A stretch of 52,401 nt of DNA from Escherichia phage vB_EcoM_4HA13, in sequence record NC_049466.2; one strand, written 5' to 3'. The first letter of the stretch is position 1. Each line of letters opens with the position of its first letter. Below the pieces are notes generated by a model. The model saw nothing but the letters and a program-made list of their open reading frames with translations. It was not told where the DNA came from and did no database searches. The translations under genes were made by a program, and so were the position numbers. This document shows, in pieces, positions 17,055 through 27,009 of the stretch.

Positions 17055-18815
17055 ATGCTAATTAAACAGTGCGTTCTTAAAATGAAGCACGACCATCCCG
17101 ATTGCAAATCCACCAGCGGGAAGTCATTGCAGGTGTGGATTAACGAATCAGAAGATGGAAAGCGTTTCTATTCCGGCTTTTGTTTCGCATGTGGTGTTGC
17201 TGTTCCAAACCCTCTGGGAACTGACGAAACAAAGTTTCCTGAAATTAAAATTAAGACTCCAGAAGAAATTCAGGAAGAACTTAATGAAATTACTGGCTGT
17301 CCAGTATTTGATTTAGAACATCGTTCAATTGAACCGGAATATTGGGGCGCTGCTCGTGTTCGACTGTTATACTCTGAATATGACGGCAAGACTCCATACG
17401 CCCTTGCTCATGGTTTTACAAAAGCTGGCAAACTTGTTCGCTGGAAGATTAAGCTTCTGAACAAGAAAGTTATTTGGTCTGTTGGGGATACTCAGGATAA
17501 CGACCCATATAACTGGGAAGCTGCCAAAGCAATTGGCGGTAGAACATTGTATATCACAGAGGGTGAGGAAGATGCAATTGCACTTCGTCAAATTCTGAAA
17601 ACTGCAAGTGCAGGTGGAGCATATGCTGAGTTAGACTTCCCTATTATCTCATTAACAGATGGGAGTGATTCAGTTCATAAATCTTTGTCTGGCAAAATAG
17701 AGGAAATAAAGCAGCGTTGGGAACAAGTTGTCATTGTATTTGATGACGACGAACCTGGACGTAAGGCAGCAAAAGAAGCTTGCCGTTTAATTCCCGGAGC
17801 AATGATTGCAGCACTGCCAGCAAACGATGCTAACGACTGTCTTCGTCGTGGCATGATTAAGGCAGCACAAGCAGCAGTTGTGTTTCGTGCAGCTCGTCCA
17901 CTTCCTACAGCATTAGTTGATAAAGAACTACTGATGGATGAATTGGATGATGAAGTTGAAGAAGGTGTTGATTATCCGTGGAAGCGATTAACCGAACTCA
18001 TGTATGGCCAACGTCGTGGTGAAGTTATTACACTTGGTGGTTCTGAGGGTGGTGGTAAAACCACAATGGCTCGTCAGAATGCTGAGCATAATATTATTCA
18101 GCATGATTGGAGTGTATTCTCTGCATTTATGGAAGAAACGCCACAAGAAACTTTACGTCGAATGGCTGGATTGCACGACAACCTTCCGTATTGGGAACCA
18201 AACTTTAAATTTGACCCAAGATACGATGAAGAAAAGTTCAAACAAACTTCCCGTCGCATGTTGCAGAACATGGAAATTTGGGACCGTAAACTTGCTGGTG
18301 AAGACCCATATGAAACATGGGAAGGATTGAAGACAATTATTCGTCAGATTGGTCCAGATATTGATATGTTTATTTTGGATAACCTGACTTACTTGTCAGA
18401 AGGTATTTCATCAACTGAGAAGAACGATTTCTTAGGTAAGTTGTATGCGGATATCACCAAACTATCAGACCAATATCAATTCCATTGTCTAGTGTTGTCT
18501 CACTTAAACCCTGTTGCAAAAGGTCAGCGTCCACATGAGGATGGTGGTCGAATCAAGAAGGGTGACTTTACTGGTTCTCGTGCTGCTGCAAAATACTCTC
18601 ATGGTATGTTTGGCTTTGAACGAAACAGTCAGGCAGTTGACCCTAATTGCTCAATCATTCGTTCAATCAAAGCTCGTAAGAGTGGTAAGACCGAAGGTTT
18701 CAAAACGTACTACGATAGTGATTCAGGACGTATTATTCAGCGTAGCTGGGATGATAGCCTGTTCGAAACAAGAGAAATTGTCCAGTTAACCAAGAAGACT
18801 GGACCACATCAATAA
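17055..18815 (+). CDS. DNA primase-helicase (T7 gp4-like)
   Basis: N-terminal Cys cluster, TOPRIM-like TEGEEDAIAL, Walker A GGSEGGGKTT, Walker B-like DMFILDNL. Confidence 0.8.
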   Translation: MLIKQCVLKMKHDHPDCKSTSGKSLQVWINESEDGKRFYSGFCFACGVAVPNPLGTDETKFPEIKIKTPEEIQEELNEITGCPVFDLEHRSIEPEYWGAARVRLLYSEYDGKTPYALAHGFTKAGKLVRWKIKLLNKKVIWSVGDTQDNDPYNWEAAKAIGGRTLYITEGEEDAIALRQILKTASAGGAYAELDFPIISLTDGSDSVHKSLSGKIEEIKQRWEQVVIVFDDDEPGRKAAKEACRLIPGAMIAALPANDANDCLRRGMIKAAQAAVVFRAARPLPTALVDKELLMDELDDEVEEGVDYPWKRLTELMYGQRRGEVITLGGSEGGGKTTMARQNAEHNIIQHDWSVFSAFMEETPQETLRRMAGLHDNLPYWEPNFKFDPRYDEEKFKQTSRRMLQNMEIWDRKLAGEDPYETWEGLKTIIRQIGPDIDMFILDNLTYLSEGISSTEKNDFLGKLYADITKLSDQYQFHCLVLSHLNPVAKGQRPHEDGGRIKKGDFTGSRAAAKYSHGMFGFERNSQAVDPNCSIIRSIKARKSGKTEGFKTYYDSDSGRIIQRSWDDSLFETREIVQLTKKTGPHQ

Positions 18816-18924
18816 CAAAGAACTCCCACTGCATAGAGCTGGCTAACTTAGTAGTCGTCGGTAACTACCAGTGGGATTCTTCCTATTTAACCTGGAGCCT
18901 AAAGTGTTGTATCCGTGGGAAAAT

Positions 18925-20361
18925 ATGCAAGCCAGTGATATTGAAACTACTGGATTGCTGAAACAAATGAAAAAGCAAGCGAGTCCTCGTTTGCACAACT
19001 TTGGTTTCATCGATATGATGACCAAAGAAGAAACCGTTATGGAATGGACGGAACGGAAACGTATTCAAGATTATTTGAATACAGGACCAACACTTATCAT
19101 GCATAACGGCGCAACCTTTGACTTTGAAGCATTAAAGTTCTTAGGTTATGACGTATCTAAATGTACTCTGATTGATACTTTGTATCTAAGTTGGTACTTA
19201 GAACCTCGCAGACCTAAACACGGTTTGGAAAGTTACGGTGAAGAATTTGGTGTGCCTAAACCAGTCATTGAAGATTGGGAAAACCAAACTCAGGAAGAAT
19301 ACAACAATCGTGTACTGGAAGACTGTAAAATTCAGTCTCGCCTGTGGGAACAGCAGTACAGCCAACTGTTGCAAATTTATCGTTCACCACAAGAGGTAAG
19401 ACGTTTCGTAGAATACTTAATGACAAAAGCACGTCAACAAGTTATACAGCAACGCACCAAGTGGAAGTTGAATAAAGAAAAGGCTTACGCATTTAAGGCA
19501 ATGTTGGAACCAATGTTGCTTGAGAAAACTTCTGAACTTGAGAAGTCAATGCCGCGTATTGTTGAATATGCGCTCAAAAGCCAGCCAGCAAAAATGTACA
19601 AAATGGACAGAACTTTGTCTGCCGCTGGTATTAAATGGAAAGCTATTTGTGATGCAAATGGTTTAGATTTCCGTGACCCTGATGTTCAAATTAAGTACAT
19701 CAAAGGTTATAAAGAGCCGAATGCAAACTCTCACGTACAGCTTAAAGAGTGGCTGTTCAGTTTGGGTTGGGTTCCTCAAACATTTAAGTTTGACCGTAAT
19801 AAGGAAACTGGCGAAACTCGTCAGATTCCACAAATAACAATTAAGGATGAAGATGGTAATCCTGAGATTTGTCAAAGTCTTCATGACTTGGCTGAATCGA
19901 ATCCCGGAAAAGGTATTGAACATCTTATTGGCTTGGGCGTTTATAAACATCGTCTTAGTGTTGTCAACGGGTTTCTGCGCGATGTTGATGATGAAGGTTT
20001 CCTTACTGCACGTTGTGGTGGCCTTACTAACACTTTACGTCTCAAGCATCGTGAACTCGTTAACCTGCCTTCTATTCGTGTGTTTGGTGGTGCGGAACTC
20101 CGAGGAATGCTTGAAGCGCATTCAGAAGAATACGAACAACTAGGTTCGGATTTGTGTTCTCTGGAAGACCGTTGTAAGCACCATTATCAGTGGGCGTATG
20201 ACCCTGAATATGTTAAGAAGCAGTTAGCTGATGACTATGATGCACACTTAGCAATCGGTGTTATCGGTGGATTCATTACTGAGAAAGAATCTCAGGACCA
20301 CAAAGACGGGATTGCAAAATGTAAGCAACGTCCAATGTTCAAAACAACAAACTATGCGTAA
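18925..20361 (+). CDS. DNA polymerase, family A (T7 gp5-like), N-terminal part ending inside motif B
   Basis: Starts MQASDIETTGLL (compare T7 MIVSDIEANALL, Exo I); Exo II HNGATFDFEAL; ends ...KTTNYA at a stop inside motif B. Confidence 0.8.
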   Translation: MQASDIETTGLLKQMKKQASPRLHNFGFIDMMTKEETVMEWTERKRIQDYLNTGPTLIMHNGATFDFEALKFLGYDVSKCTLIDTLYLSWYLEPRRPKHGLESYGEEFGVPKPVIEDWENQTQEEYNNRVLEDCKIQSRLWEQQYSQLLQIYRSPQEVRRFVEYLMTKARQQVIQQRTKWKLNKEKAYAFKAMLEPMLLEKTSELEKSMPRIVEYALKSQPAKMYKMDRTLSAAGIKWKAICDANGLDFRDPDVQIKYIKGYKEPNANSHVQLKEWLFSLGWVPQTFKFDRNKETGETRQIPQITIKDEDGNPEICQSLHDLAESNPGKGIEHLIGLGVYKHRLSVVNGFLRDVDDEGFLTARCGGLTNTLRLKHRELVNLPSIRVFGGAELRGMLEAHSEEYEQLGSDLCSLEDRCKHHYQWAYDPEYVKKQLADDYDAHLAIGVIGGFITEKESQDHKDGIAKCKQRPMFKTTNYA

Positions 20362-21014
20362 ATTGATGCGCATATAAAATCCCTTTAATTCGGTGGAACT
20401 CTCTACCGCAGAGACAATACCGAGCGAAGCATGAAAAGAAATTACTCACCAAAGAAATGTCCTTGTGGAAATGTATTTATTCCGACAGGGCCAAGAAGTT
20501 CCAAGTGCAAACCGTGCTCTAAGATTGTTGAACAGGAATCGAGAGATAGGTCGTACATAAAACATTGCCTCAATACAGGTATTAACTGTGGTGCTGGCAC
20601 AGGAAACTTCGAACACGCAAAAGGTTCAGAAAGCAAGTGCTACTCTTCTGGCAAAGGAAATTATGTCCGTGCTAGAAAGGAAATGCTTGAAGACCTCAAG
20701 TGTTGTGAAAGGTGTGGAAAGAATCTAATAAACGTTCACTATACAAAGCGTGTGATTCATCATCGGGACCATGACAGAAGCAATAACGTAAGAAGTAACT
20801 TTGAGTTACTTTGCAAACGTTGTCACCAACTTCATCACGATTGTCACGATGCTTTCATGAACGTGTAACGACTAGCCGTAAGGCGTACATCCAAGTGGAT
20901 GGAAACGGGGGACCCGACGTTTGTCGGTGATGATATAGTCTGCTCTGCATGGTGACATGCAGCTGGATGAAATTCCGGCATAAGATTAACGAACTTATGT
21001 GAACAATGTAAATG
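20360..21014 (+). mobile_element. Probable group I intron carrying an HNH endonuclease ORF, inserted in DNA polymerase motif B
   Basis: Flanking ORFs split motif B (KTTNYA / QYGAG); GACTA at 20870-20874 can pair with TAGTC at 20936-20940 (P7-like); hairpins with GNRA loops (GCC-GTAA-GGC, TGCATG-GTGA-CATGCA). Exact splice sites are inferred. Confidence 0.55.
20431..20868 (+). CDS. HNH homing endonuclease (intron-encoded)
   Basis: Cys-rich zinc-finger segments plus HHRDHDRSNN...LLCKRCHQLHH. Confidence 0.7.
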   Translation: MKRNYSPKKCPCGNVFIPTGPRSSKCKPCSKIVEQESRDRSYIKHCLNTGINCGAGTGNFEHAKGSESKCYSSGKGNYVRARKEMLEDLKCCERCGKNLINVHYTKRVIHHRDHDRSNNVRSNFELLCKRCHQLHHDCHDAFMNV

Positions 21015-21493
21015 GTCAATATGGTGCTGGTGTTGCAACTGTAACTCGTTCTGCTAAATGCGATTTGGCAACTGGTGCACGACTGCATAAAGCATATTGG
21101 GACTTGAACTGGTCCATCAAAGAGATTGCAGCTAATACAGTTGTTAAGACAGTTGATGGTCAGATGTGGCAGCAGAATCCAGTAAATAAATTCTGGTATT
21201 CACTCCGCACTGAGAAAGACCGATTCTCTACTCTGTGTCAGGGCACTGGCGCATATGTGTTTGATATCTGGTGTAACAATATTATCGCAATCTGCAACGA
21301 ACGTTATGGATGCGACCCACTCCTTTCTGGTCAGTTCCACGATGAATTGATTTTGCAAGTGAAGAAAGGGTATCGTGAATTGTGGACGGCACTGTTGCAT
21401 GAAGCGATGGAACGTACCAACAAACAACTTAAACTCAACCGTGATTGTGCATGTGATGTTCAATTCGGTGATAATTATTCAGAGATTCACTAA
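20999..21493 (+). CDS. DNA polymerase, family A, C-terminal part (motif B second half and motif C)
   Basis: Begins ...NGQYGAGV and contains FHDELILQV. GTG start with no obvious RBS, consistent with being an exon that in a spliced model would begin near 21015. Confidence 0.75.
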   Translation: MNNVNGQYGAGVATVTRSAKCDLATGARLHKAYWDLNWSIKEIAANTVVKTVDGQMWQQNPVNKFWYSLRTEKDRFSTLCQGTGAYVFDIWCNNIIAICNERYGCDPLLSGQFHDELILQVKKGYRELWTALLHEAMERTNKQLKLNRDCACDVQFGDNYSEIH

Positions 21494-21747
21494 TGGCACA
21501 GAAAGTTTTTGCGTTTTATGACGTGCAAGAAAACCGCCTACATATGTTTGTAGCAAATGCTGAACAAGCTGAAAATGATGCTGTAAACCAATTTATCGCA
21601 GCAAATGTAGATGAATTCTTTACTACTTCAAATCTGGAACAGGCTGAGAAATTGCAGTCTGTTATTTCTGAAACAACCTCCACCGACGAGCTGAAATCAG
21701 CATTAGTTGGATGGGACTTCCAACTTGAAATGATTCAAGTGGATTAA
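21493..21747 (+). CDS. Hypothetical acidic protein
   Basis: ATGA overlap with polymerase end; contains a promoter-motif-like copy at 21701-21711. Confidence 0.45.
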   Translation: MAQKVFAFYDVQENRLHMFVANAEQAENDAVNQFIAANVDEFFTTSNLEQAEKLQSVISETTSTDELKSALVGWDFQLEMIQVD

Positions 21748-21773
21748 TTAACTGTAACTCAAAGGTAACTAAA

Positions 21774-22637
21774 ATGGCATTTGATGCTCCTACTCTGGCC
21801 TCCAACAAAGCCCCTTCTGCTGCGCCATTACTGGAAGCGGGTGGCTATCCTGCTCGCGTTTGTCGTATCATCGACTTAGGCTGGCAACCGGGTTCTGCAA
21901 AGTATCCACAACCTCAGCTTAAATTGCTGGTGACTTTCGAACTTCTGAATGAGTACATGAAAGAAGTTGATGGTGAAGGCAAAATCATCATGGTCCAAGA
22001 CCCGGACGAAGATGACGGTGTTCTGATGGGCAAGAACTTGGAAGACAAGCCACGTTGGTTTGACTTTGAGTTCAGTTACAACTCCGATGGCTACATGGGT
22101 GACAACTCTCACATCTACAAATTTGCGAAAGCAATTGATGCAATGGAAGTTGCGCCAAATCTGGAACAAGGTGTTCAAGGTCATCCGGCTAAGAAACTTA
22201 TTGAATGGCTTGGCGAACCACTGACCGTTGGTCTTGACCAGTACCAGAGAAAGTCTGGTAAGAATGCCGGACAAATGGCAAACAAAATTATTACGTTTGC
22301 ACCAATGAAGTCCAAAGAGAAGCGCGAAGCGAAAGAACTGGTTAACCCAACTGTGTTCTTCGACATGAGCAACCCTGACCTTGAAGTGTTCAACAAACTT
22401 CCAGGCGGTGAGTCTCCATTTGCAATCAAGAACCGTATCACCACTGGTCCGAAGTTTGCCGAATCAAAACTGTCTGCATTGATTGGCGGTAAGCCAGTTG
22501 ATACTGCAACGCCGAATCAGGCGTCAGAAGAACAGGTTGACGAAGCGATGCAAGCAGAGTTGGAAGCACAGAAGCAAGCTCGTGAAGCAAATGCTGCTGC
22601 AAATGCAGAAGGTGCCACAAGCAACATTCCGTTCTAA
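21774..22637 (+). CDS. Putative ssDNA-binding or replication accessory protein with acidic C-terminus ending IPF
   Basis: Sits in the replication module; acidic tail ending ...SNIPF like SSB-family tails. Confidence 0.4.
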   Translation: MAFDAPTLASNKAPSAAPLLEAGGYPARVCRIIDLGWQPGSAKYPQPQLKLLVTFELLNEYMKEVDGEGKIIMVQDPDEDDGVLMGKNLEDKPRWFDFEFSYNSDGYMGDNSHIYKFAKAIDAMEVAPNLEQGVQGHPAKKLIEWLGEPLTVGLDQYQRKSGKNAGQMANKIITFAPMKSKEKREAKELVNPTVFFDMSNPDLEVFNKLPGGESPFAIKNRITTGPKFAESKLSALIGGKPVDTATPNQASEEQVDEAMQAELEAQKQAREANAAANAEGATSNIPF

Positions 22638-22644
22638 TTAAGTT

Positions 22645-22670
22645 GGCTCCTTCGGGAGCCCATTTTGTAT
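22645..22670 (+). terminator. Intrinsic terminator candidate (GGCUCC-UUCG-GGAGCC then U-rich tract)
   Basis: Perfect 6-bp stem, UUCG tetraloop, followed by cattttgtat. Confidence 0.55.
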
Positions 22671-22757
22671 AAATAGGAACGAATATGAACAAATACACCC
22701 ATCATACAAACCAACACTTTTCACCGTTTCCAAAACTAGCTCATCCTTGAGGTAAAC

Positions 22758-23306
22758 ATGTCAGAACTTAAACAGTACCAAAGCCATAAACTGGTGTGGG
22801 CAGCACCGATGACTCTAGGTGAGTTCAAAGAACACGCCAATAAACCAGATCTAATTGGTGACCAAGGCAGTGAAGGCTATCTGGTGGTGTACTCCAAAGA
22901 CACCCCGGAAGAGTATCACTCCTGGTCACCGAAAGGTGTGTTCGATGCCGGTAATACCGAAGTCGAACCATATCTGGTAGAGCTTATCAGCCGTGCTGCA
23001 CACTCTGCTAATCGTGGTTACTGCCAGTCGCTGGGTGACTTCTCTCAAGTTTCCTGGGACGAAGCACCGGAATGGCAGAAAGAGTCTGCCCGTGCTGGCG
23101 TCCGTTTCCATCTGGCAAACGACGTTACCCCGGAGCAATCCCACGAAAGCTGGCTGGCTGCTAAAGAAGCCGATGGCTGGAAGTATGGCCCGGTCAAAGA
23201 CGCAGAGAAGAAAGAGCATCCTTGCTTCCTGCCTTATGCCGACCTACCAGCCTATCAGAAAGCGAAAGATTTTATCTTTAAGTCTGTCGTAGACGGCTTT
23301 AAGTAA
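22758..23306 (+). CDS. RyR-domain-like protein (tentative)
   Basis: C-terminal GWKYGPVKDAEKKEHPCFLPYADLPAYQKAKD resembles the RyR repeat consensus. Confidence 0.45.
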   Translation: MSELKQYQSHKLVWAAPMTLGEFKEHANKPDLIGDQGSEGYLVVYSKDTPEEYHSWSPKGVFDAGNTEVEPYLVELISRAAHSANRGYCQSLGDFSQVSWDEAPEWQKESARAGVRFHLANDVTPEQSHESWLAAKEADGWKYGPVKDAEKKEHPCFLPYADLPAYQKAKDFIFKSVVDGFK

Positions 23307-23346
23307 TAACGAGCGGAAGCTCGTTGGATAAATGGAGAAGCATTAA

Positions 23347-24375
23347 ATGGCAAGTAAGAAAAGAAAACTTCTGCTTATTGATGGTGACATGATTGCTTTT
23401 AGTCACTGCGCTGCAGAAGAATATGGAAAGGAGTCTGAGGATATCAGTTTCTCCAAAATACAAATGTCAATGGACTCCAAAATGAAGTTCTTGACAGAAC
23501 GACTTGGCGCAACTGATATAATCACATTTATTTCCGGTGATGAAAACATGCGCCACGTAATCTTCCCTGAATACAAGTCAAACCGTGATGGTGTTTGGCG
23601 TCCAGAGAACTTGAGAAATGCGAAAGCTCACCTTCTTGTTGCATGGAATGGTATGAAGGTTGAAGGTTTGGAAGCAGATGACTTACTTGCATGTTTCGCC
23701 CGTCATAAATACGAAATCGAAATGGGCAAACGTAATGTTGTCAAATCTTTAATTGATATTGGACCATGTGATTACGATGAAGTCATCATTGCCTCTCTGG
23801 ATAAAGACCTTCGTCAACTCAGCCAATTCGGGACAAACGGTCCGGTCATTAAGCACTACCAATGGGAACGTGAGTCTCAGGGTATTGGTGAGAAAATTGT
23901 AATTCCAAAAGATTACGGTGAACTCAAATGCATTATCAAAGATACTGGCAAAACGAAGAAGAAAGAAGTTAAGGGCGATGGTCCTAAATTCTTCCTGCAT
24001 CAACTCTTAATTGGTGACAGCACTGATGGAGTTTTGGGGTGCGGTATTCGTGAACTTAAGGTTTATAAATCTGGTGCCAAATGTGGTCAAGAGTATTATA
24101 AACGTGATGGTGTCGGTGCTGTTGAATCATTCGAACTTCTTGACAAAACAACTTCATATCCCGAAGGTTTGAAGAAAGTTATCGGCGCATACATTATACG
24201 ATTCGGTGACGCTTGGGAAGAAGAACTTCTCAAGAATGGACGACTTGTTTACATGCACCATCAAATTGATGAAGGTCGTTACGTTCGACTGTGGCATTAC
24301 AAAGGTGGAATCATTGACCGATTCGACCTGAAAGAGAAACGTGTTATTCCTCATGCAGAGTATCTCCAAAAGTAA
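23347..24375 (+). CDS. 5'-3' exonuclease, FEN family (T7 gp6-like)
   Basis: LLLIDGDMIAF, YKSNRDG, IASLDKDLRQL and IGDSTDGVLGCG align with T7 gp6 segments as recalled. Confidence 0.75.
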   Translation: MASKKRKLLLIDGDMIAFSHCAAEEYGKESEDISFSKIQMSMDSKMKFLTERLGATDIITFISGDENMRHVIFPEYKSNRDGVWRPENLRNAKAHLLVAWNGMKVEGLEADDLLACFARHKYEIEMGKRNVVKSLIDIGPCDYDEVIIASLDKDLRQLSQFGTNGPVIKHYQWERESQGIGEKIVIPKDYGELKCIIKDTGKTKKKEVKGDGPKFFLHQLLIGDSTDGVLGCGIRELKVYKSGAKCGQEYYKRDGVGAVESFELLDKTTSYPEGLKKVIGAYIIRFGDAWEEELLKNGRLVYMHHQIDEGRYVRLWHYKGGIIDRFDLKEKRVIPHAEYLQK

Positions 24376-24386
24376 TTGGAGCATCA

Positions 24387-24905
24387 ATGTACGGATATTG
24401 CGGAACGGAAGCCAAGTTTACAGCATGGCTTCAATCGGCATTGAGGGCTGTTTGGACTAAACATCCAAGCAAGCTCTCGTTAGTACAGAGCAGACGTGTT
24501 GCATTGAAAGTGGGACCAAAGGCCAAGCCAATCTTCCATATTCAATGCTTCCATTGCAAGAAATTGTATAAGTTGAAAGAGATTGAAGTTAACCACAAGA
24601 CGCAAGTTGGTGGTCTACTCAAGCTCGAAGACCGTTACAGATTTCTTGACAACCTGCTACTGGTTCAGCCGGAAGATTTGGAATTACTTTGTCATGAATG
24701 TCATGGTATTGTCACGTACATGGAACGTTATGGCGTATCCAGACGTGAAGCAATTATCGAGAAGAAGTGCATTGCCTTCTCGAAATTAACAGATGCTCAG
24801 CAGATTGCCAAGTGCAAAGAAGCAAAGTTTGCTGAGATTCCCAAAACCAAAATCGGACGCAAGAATATGGTTCGAGAATATTTAAGAAAGGTTCTACCAC
24901 AGTGA
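24387..24905 (+). CDS. HNH-family endonuclease-like protein
   Basis: CFHCKK...EVNHK...LLCHECH pattern. Confidence 0.45.
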   Translation: MYGYCGTEAKFTAWLQSALRAVWTKHPSKLSLVQSRRVALKVGPKAKPIFHIQCFHCKKLYKLKEIEVNHKTQVGGLLKLEDRYRFLDNLLLVQPEDLELLCHECHGIVTYMERYGVSRREAIIEKKCIAFSKLTDAQQIAKCKEAKFAEIPKTKIGRKNMVREYLRKVLPQ

Positions 24906-25663
24906 CAATTAAAACTTTGGCTGACGGAACTTCTTACACGAAGGCGCATGCCCATGATTGGGAAGACCCGGACTGTACAATTAAAGGCCGTGTCAAAATC
25001 TACCGAAAGATTGACGGCATTCGAGCTATTCGTAATAAAATTGGTGATGTATGGAGTCGCAATTCTAAACCTCTCCCGCACTGTGACCATCTCAACTTCC
25101 AAGATGCCGAAATCTTTCGCAATTCTTGGAACGAGACTTCATCTATCCTTGGACGTATTGACGCACCGACAGTTGCGTTAACCCAAGAAAACGTTTACGA
25201 ACTTCGTGACGGTTTTATAGACCCACGTCTGTACATCGGTTGGGCAGATAATCCAAGCAATGAAAACTTGGAGGCTCTTATGCACAAGTACATTGCGCAA
25301 GGTGATGAAGGTCTGATAGTAAGGGTGGAGCATAAAGGCAAAGTCCTCTGGTGGAAAATAGTTCCGTATAAATATGCCGATGTTATTATAACAGGTTTCA
25401 AAGAAGGGACCAATAAGAACAAAGGTAAATGCGGTTCAATTGCTTCCAATTGGGGCAGTGCTGGCTCTATGGTAGAAGATTGTTTGCAAGACCATAATAT
25501 TAAAGGTGATGCAAACATTCGTACATGGCTATGGCAAAACCGTAACTCATTGATTGGTAAAGTAATGCAGGTTCGCTACCGTGAAAAGACGGAAGCTGGC
25601 AAGTTACGTTTCCCGTCTTTAGTTCGATTGAGAACCGATAAGAATGAAGAGTCATTCGATTAA
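24902..25663 (+). CDS. ATP-dependent DNA ligase
   Basis: Motif I KIDGIR at a T7-ligase-like position; GTG start. Confidence 0.65.
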   Translation: MTIKTLADGTSYTKAHAHDWEDPDCTIKGRVKIYRKIDGIRAIRNKIGDVWSRNSKPLPHCDHLNFQDAEIFRNSWNETSSILGRIDAPTVALTQENVYELRDGFIDPRLYIGWADNPSNENLEALMHKYIAQGDEGLIVRVEHKGKVLWWKIVPYKYADVIITGFKEGTNKNKGKCGSIASNWGSAGSMVEDCLQDHNIKGDANIRTWLWQNRNSLIGKVMQVRYREKTEAGKLRFPSLVRLRTDKNEESFD

Positions 25664-26255
25664 CAATGTGGCCGTTATCCTTAACGGTCCTCCCGGTTGT
25701 GGCAAAGATACCATCGCAAACAAAATAGTTGAAGGTGGTGCTTTCGTTAAACATCAATTTAAGGATGCGCTCTATGAGCACACTGCTAAACATTTTGAAG
25801 TTGATTTGGATAAGTTTATCCATTTCGCCTCTGACCGCGAACTTAAAGATTCCAAATCTTTGGCGGGCCTCGGTAATCGCACTCCTCGCGAAGCACTCAT
25901 TCATGTCAGCGAAGAAGTTTACAAACCTCGCTACGGTACTGATTACTTTGGCAAAGCTGAGGCTGCTCGTGTCAGTGAACATAAGGGGCGTTTGGGTGGC
26001 ACTCTTAATGTCATTTACCCCGATGGTGGTTTCGAATCCGAAATTCCTCCAATTGAATCTGAGTTCGACCTTGTTATTATTGTCCGTCTGCATCGTGATG
26101 GTTTTGATTTCAAAGGCGATTCTCGAAATTACATCAACCTGCCAAACACTGAAACTCGCGTCACAGTTGACGAGTACCTTGTAGAAGGCAAAATCGAAGA
26201 TGCAGTCTGGAAAGTCCAGAACTGGATTGAACGTATTATCTGGAATTTAATCTAA
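25644..26255 (+). CDS. P-loop nucleotide kinase (dNMP kinase-like)
   Basis: Walker A GPPGCGKDT near the N-terminus; about 200 aa. Confidence 0.5.
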   Translation: MKSHSINNVAVILNGPPGCGKDTIANKIVEGGAFVKHQFKDALYEHTAKHFEVDLDKFIHFASDRELKDSKSLAGLGNRTPREALIHVSEEVYKPRYGTDYFGKAEAARVSEHKGRLGGTLNVIYPDGGFESEIPPIESEFDLVIIVRLHRDGFDFKGDSRNYINLPNTETRVTVDEYLVEGKIEDAVWKVQNWIERIIWNLI

Positions 26256-26770
26256 TGTCATGCAAAGATGAAAAACAAACTGTTAAAGTTTTACGAATCC
26301 GCCCCGATGCAAAACTTCCTGCGTATGCTTCTGTTGGTGCCGCTGCTGCTGACGTTTGCACAATTTCCGATTGTAGCGTTGCTATCAATCCTGGCTGCTC
26401 TCAGCTTTTCCGCACTGGACTCAAGTTCGAAATACCAGTGGGTTGGGAAATCAAAGTGCATAGCCGTAGCGGTCACGGTTTTAAGCATGGCATTCGCCTT
26501 AGTAATTGTACCGGAATACTGGACAGCGACTACACTGGTGAGCTTATGGTCAAACTCACTAATGATTCAGAAACCGTTTACAAGGTGCAGCCATTTGAGC
26601 GAATCTGCCAAATCCAAGTTTGTCGGGCTGTACAACATGATTTCGTTGAAACTTTGGGCGAACTCAAAGTAACTGAACGTGGTGAAGCTGGCTTCGGTTC
26701 AACTGGAACTACTGAACTTGGTTCGCACAATCACCCGTTGGGTGTGGACGCATTTATCAAAAACATGTAA
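26255..26770 (+). CDS. dut: dUTPase (trimeric dUTP pyrophosphatase)
   Basis: ILDSDYTGEL and ERGEAGFGSTG motifs. Confidence 0.8.
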   Translation: MSCKDEKQTVKVLRIRPDAKLPAYASVGAAAADVCTISDCSVAINPGCSQLFRTGLKFEIPVGWEIKVHSRSGHGFKHGIRLSNCTGILDSDYTGELMVKLTNDSETVYKVQPFERICQIQVCRAVQHDFVETLGELKVTERGEAGFGSTGTTELGSHNHPLGVDAFIKNM

Positions 26771-26778
26771 CAACATCA

Positions 26779-27009
26779 ATGGAGCAACCGATGTTAGAAT
26801 TATATAGTCAACTTCTCTCGCACCTTAATGCGGAAGAAAATGATATGGCCTTGGAGTTTGAGGCCAAGTTGATTGAGTTGTTAAGCCAACAAGACCAACT
26901 GAATGAAGATAGTCAATTCCTGCAATGTTTGAAGAATGCTGGTGTTGATGATTGGGATGGGTACAGTTTTGCCCAAGAAGAAATGTGGCCGGAGGATGAT
27001 GATGAATAA
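26779..27009 (+). CDS. Hypothetical acidic protein
   Basis: Ends in WPEDDDE. Confidence 0.45.
   Translation: MEQPMLELYSQLLSHLNAEENDMALEFEAKLIELLSQQDQLNEDSQFLQCLKNAGVDDWDGYSFAQEEMWPEDDDE

Noticed and set aside
18925-21493. DNA polymerase as two independently translated polypeptides with a free-standing HNH gene between them
   Set aside because: Not excluded, but disfavoured: the downstream part has a GTG start without RBS, and the spacer carries P7-like pairing and GNRA hairpins typical of group I introns.
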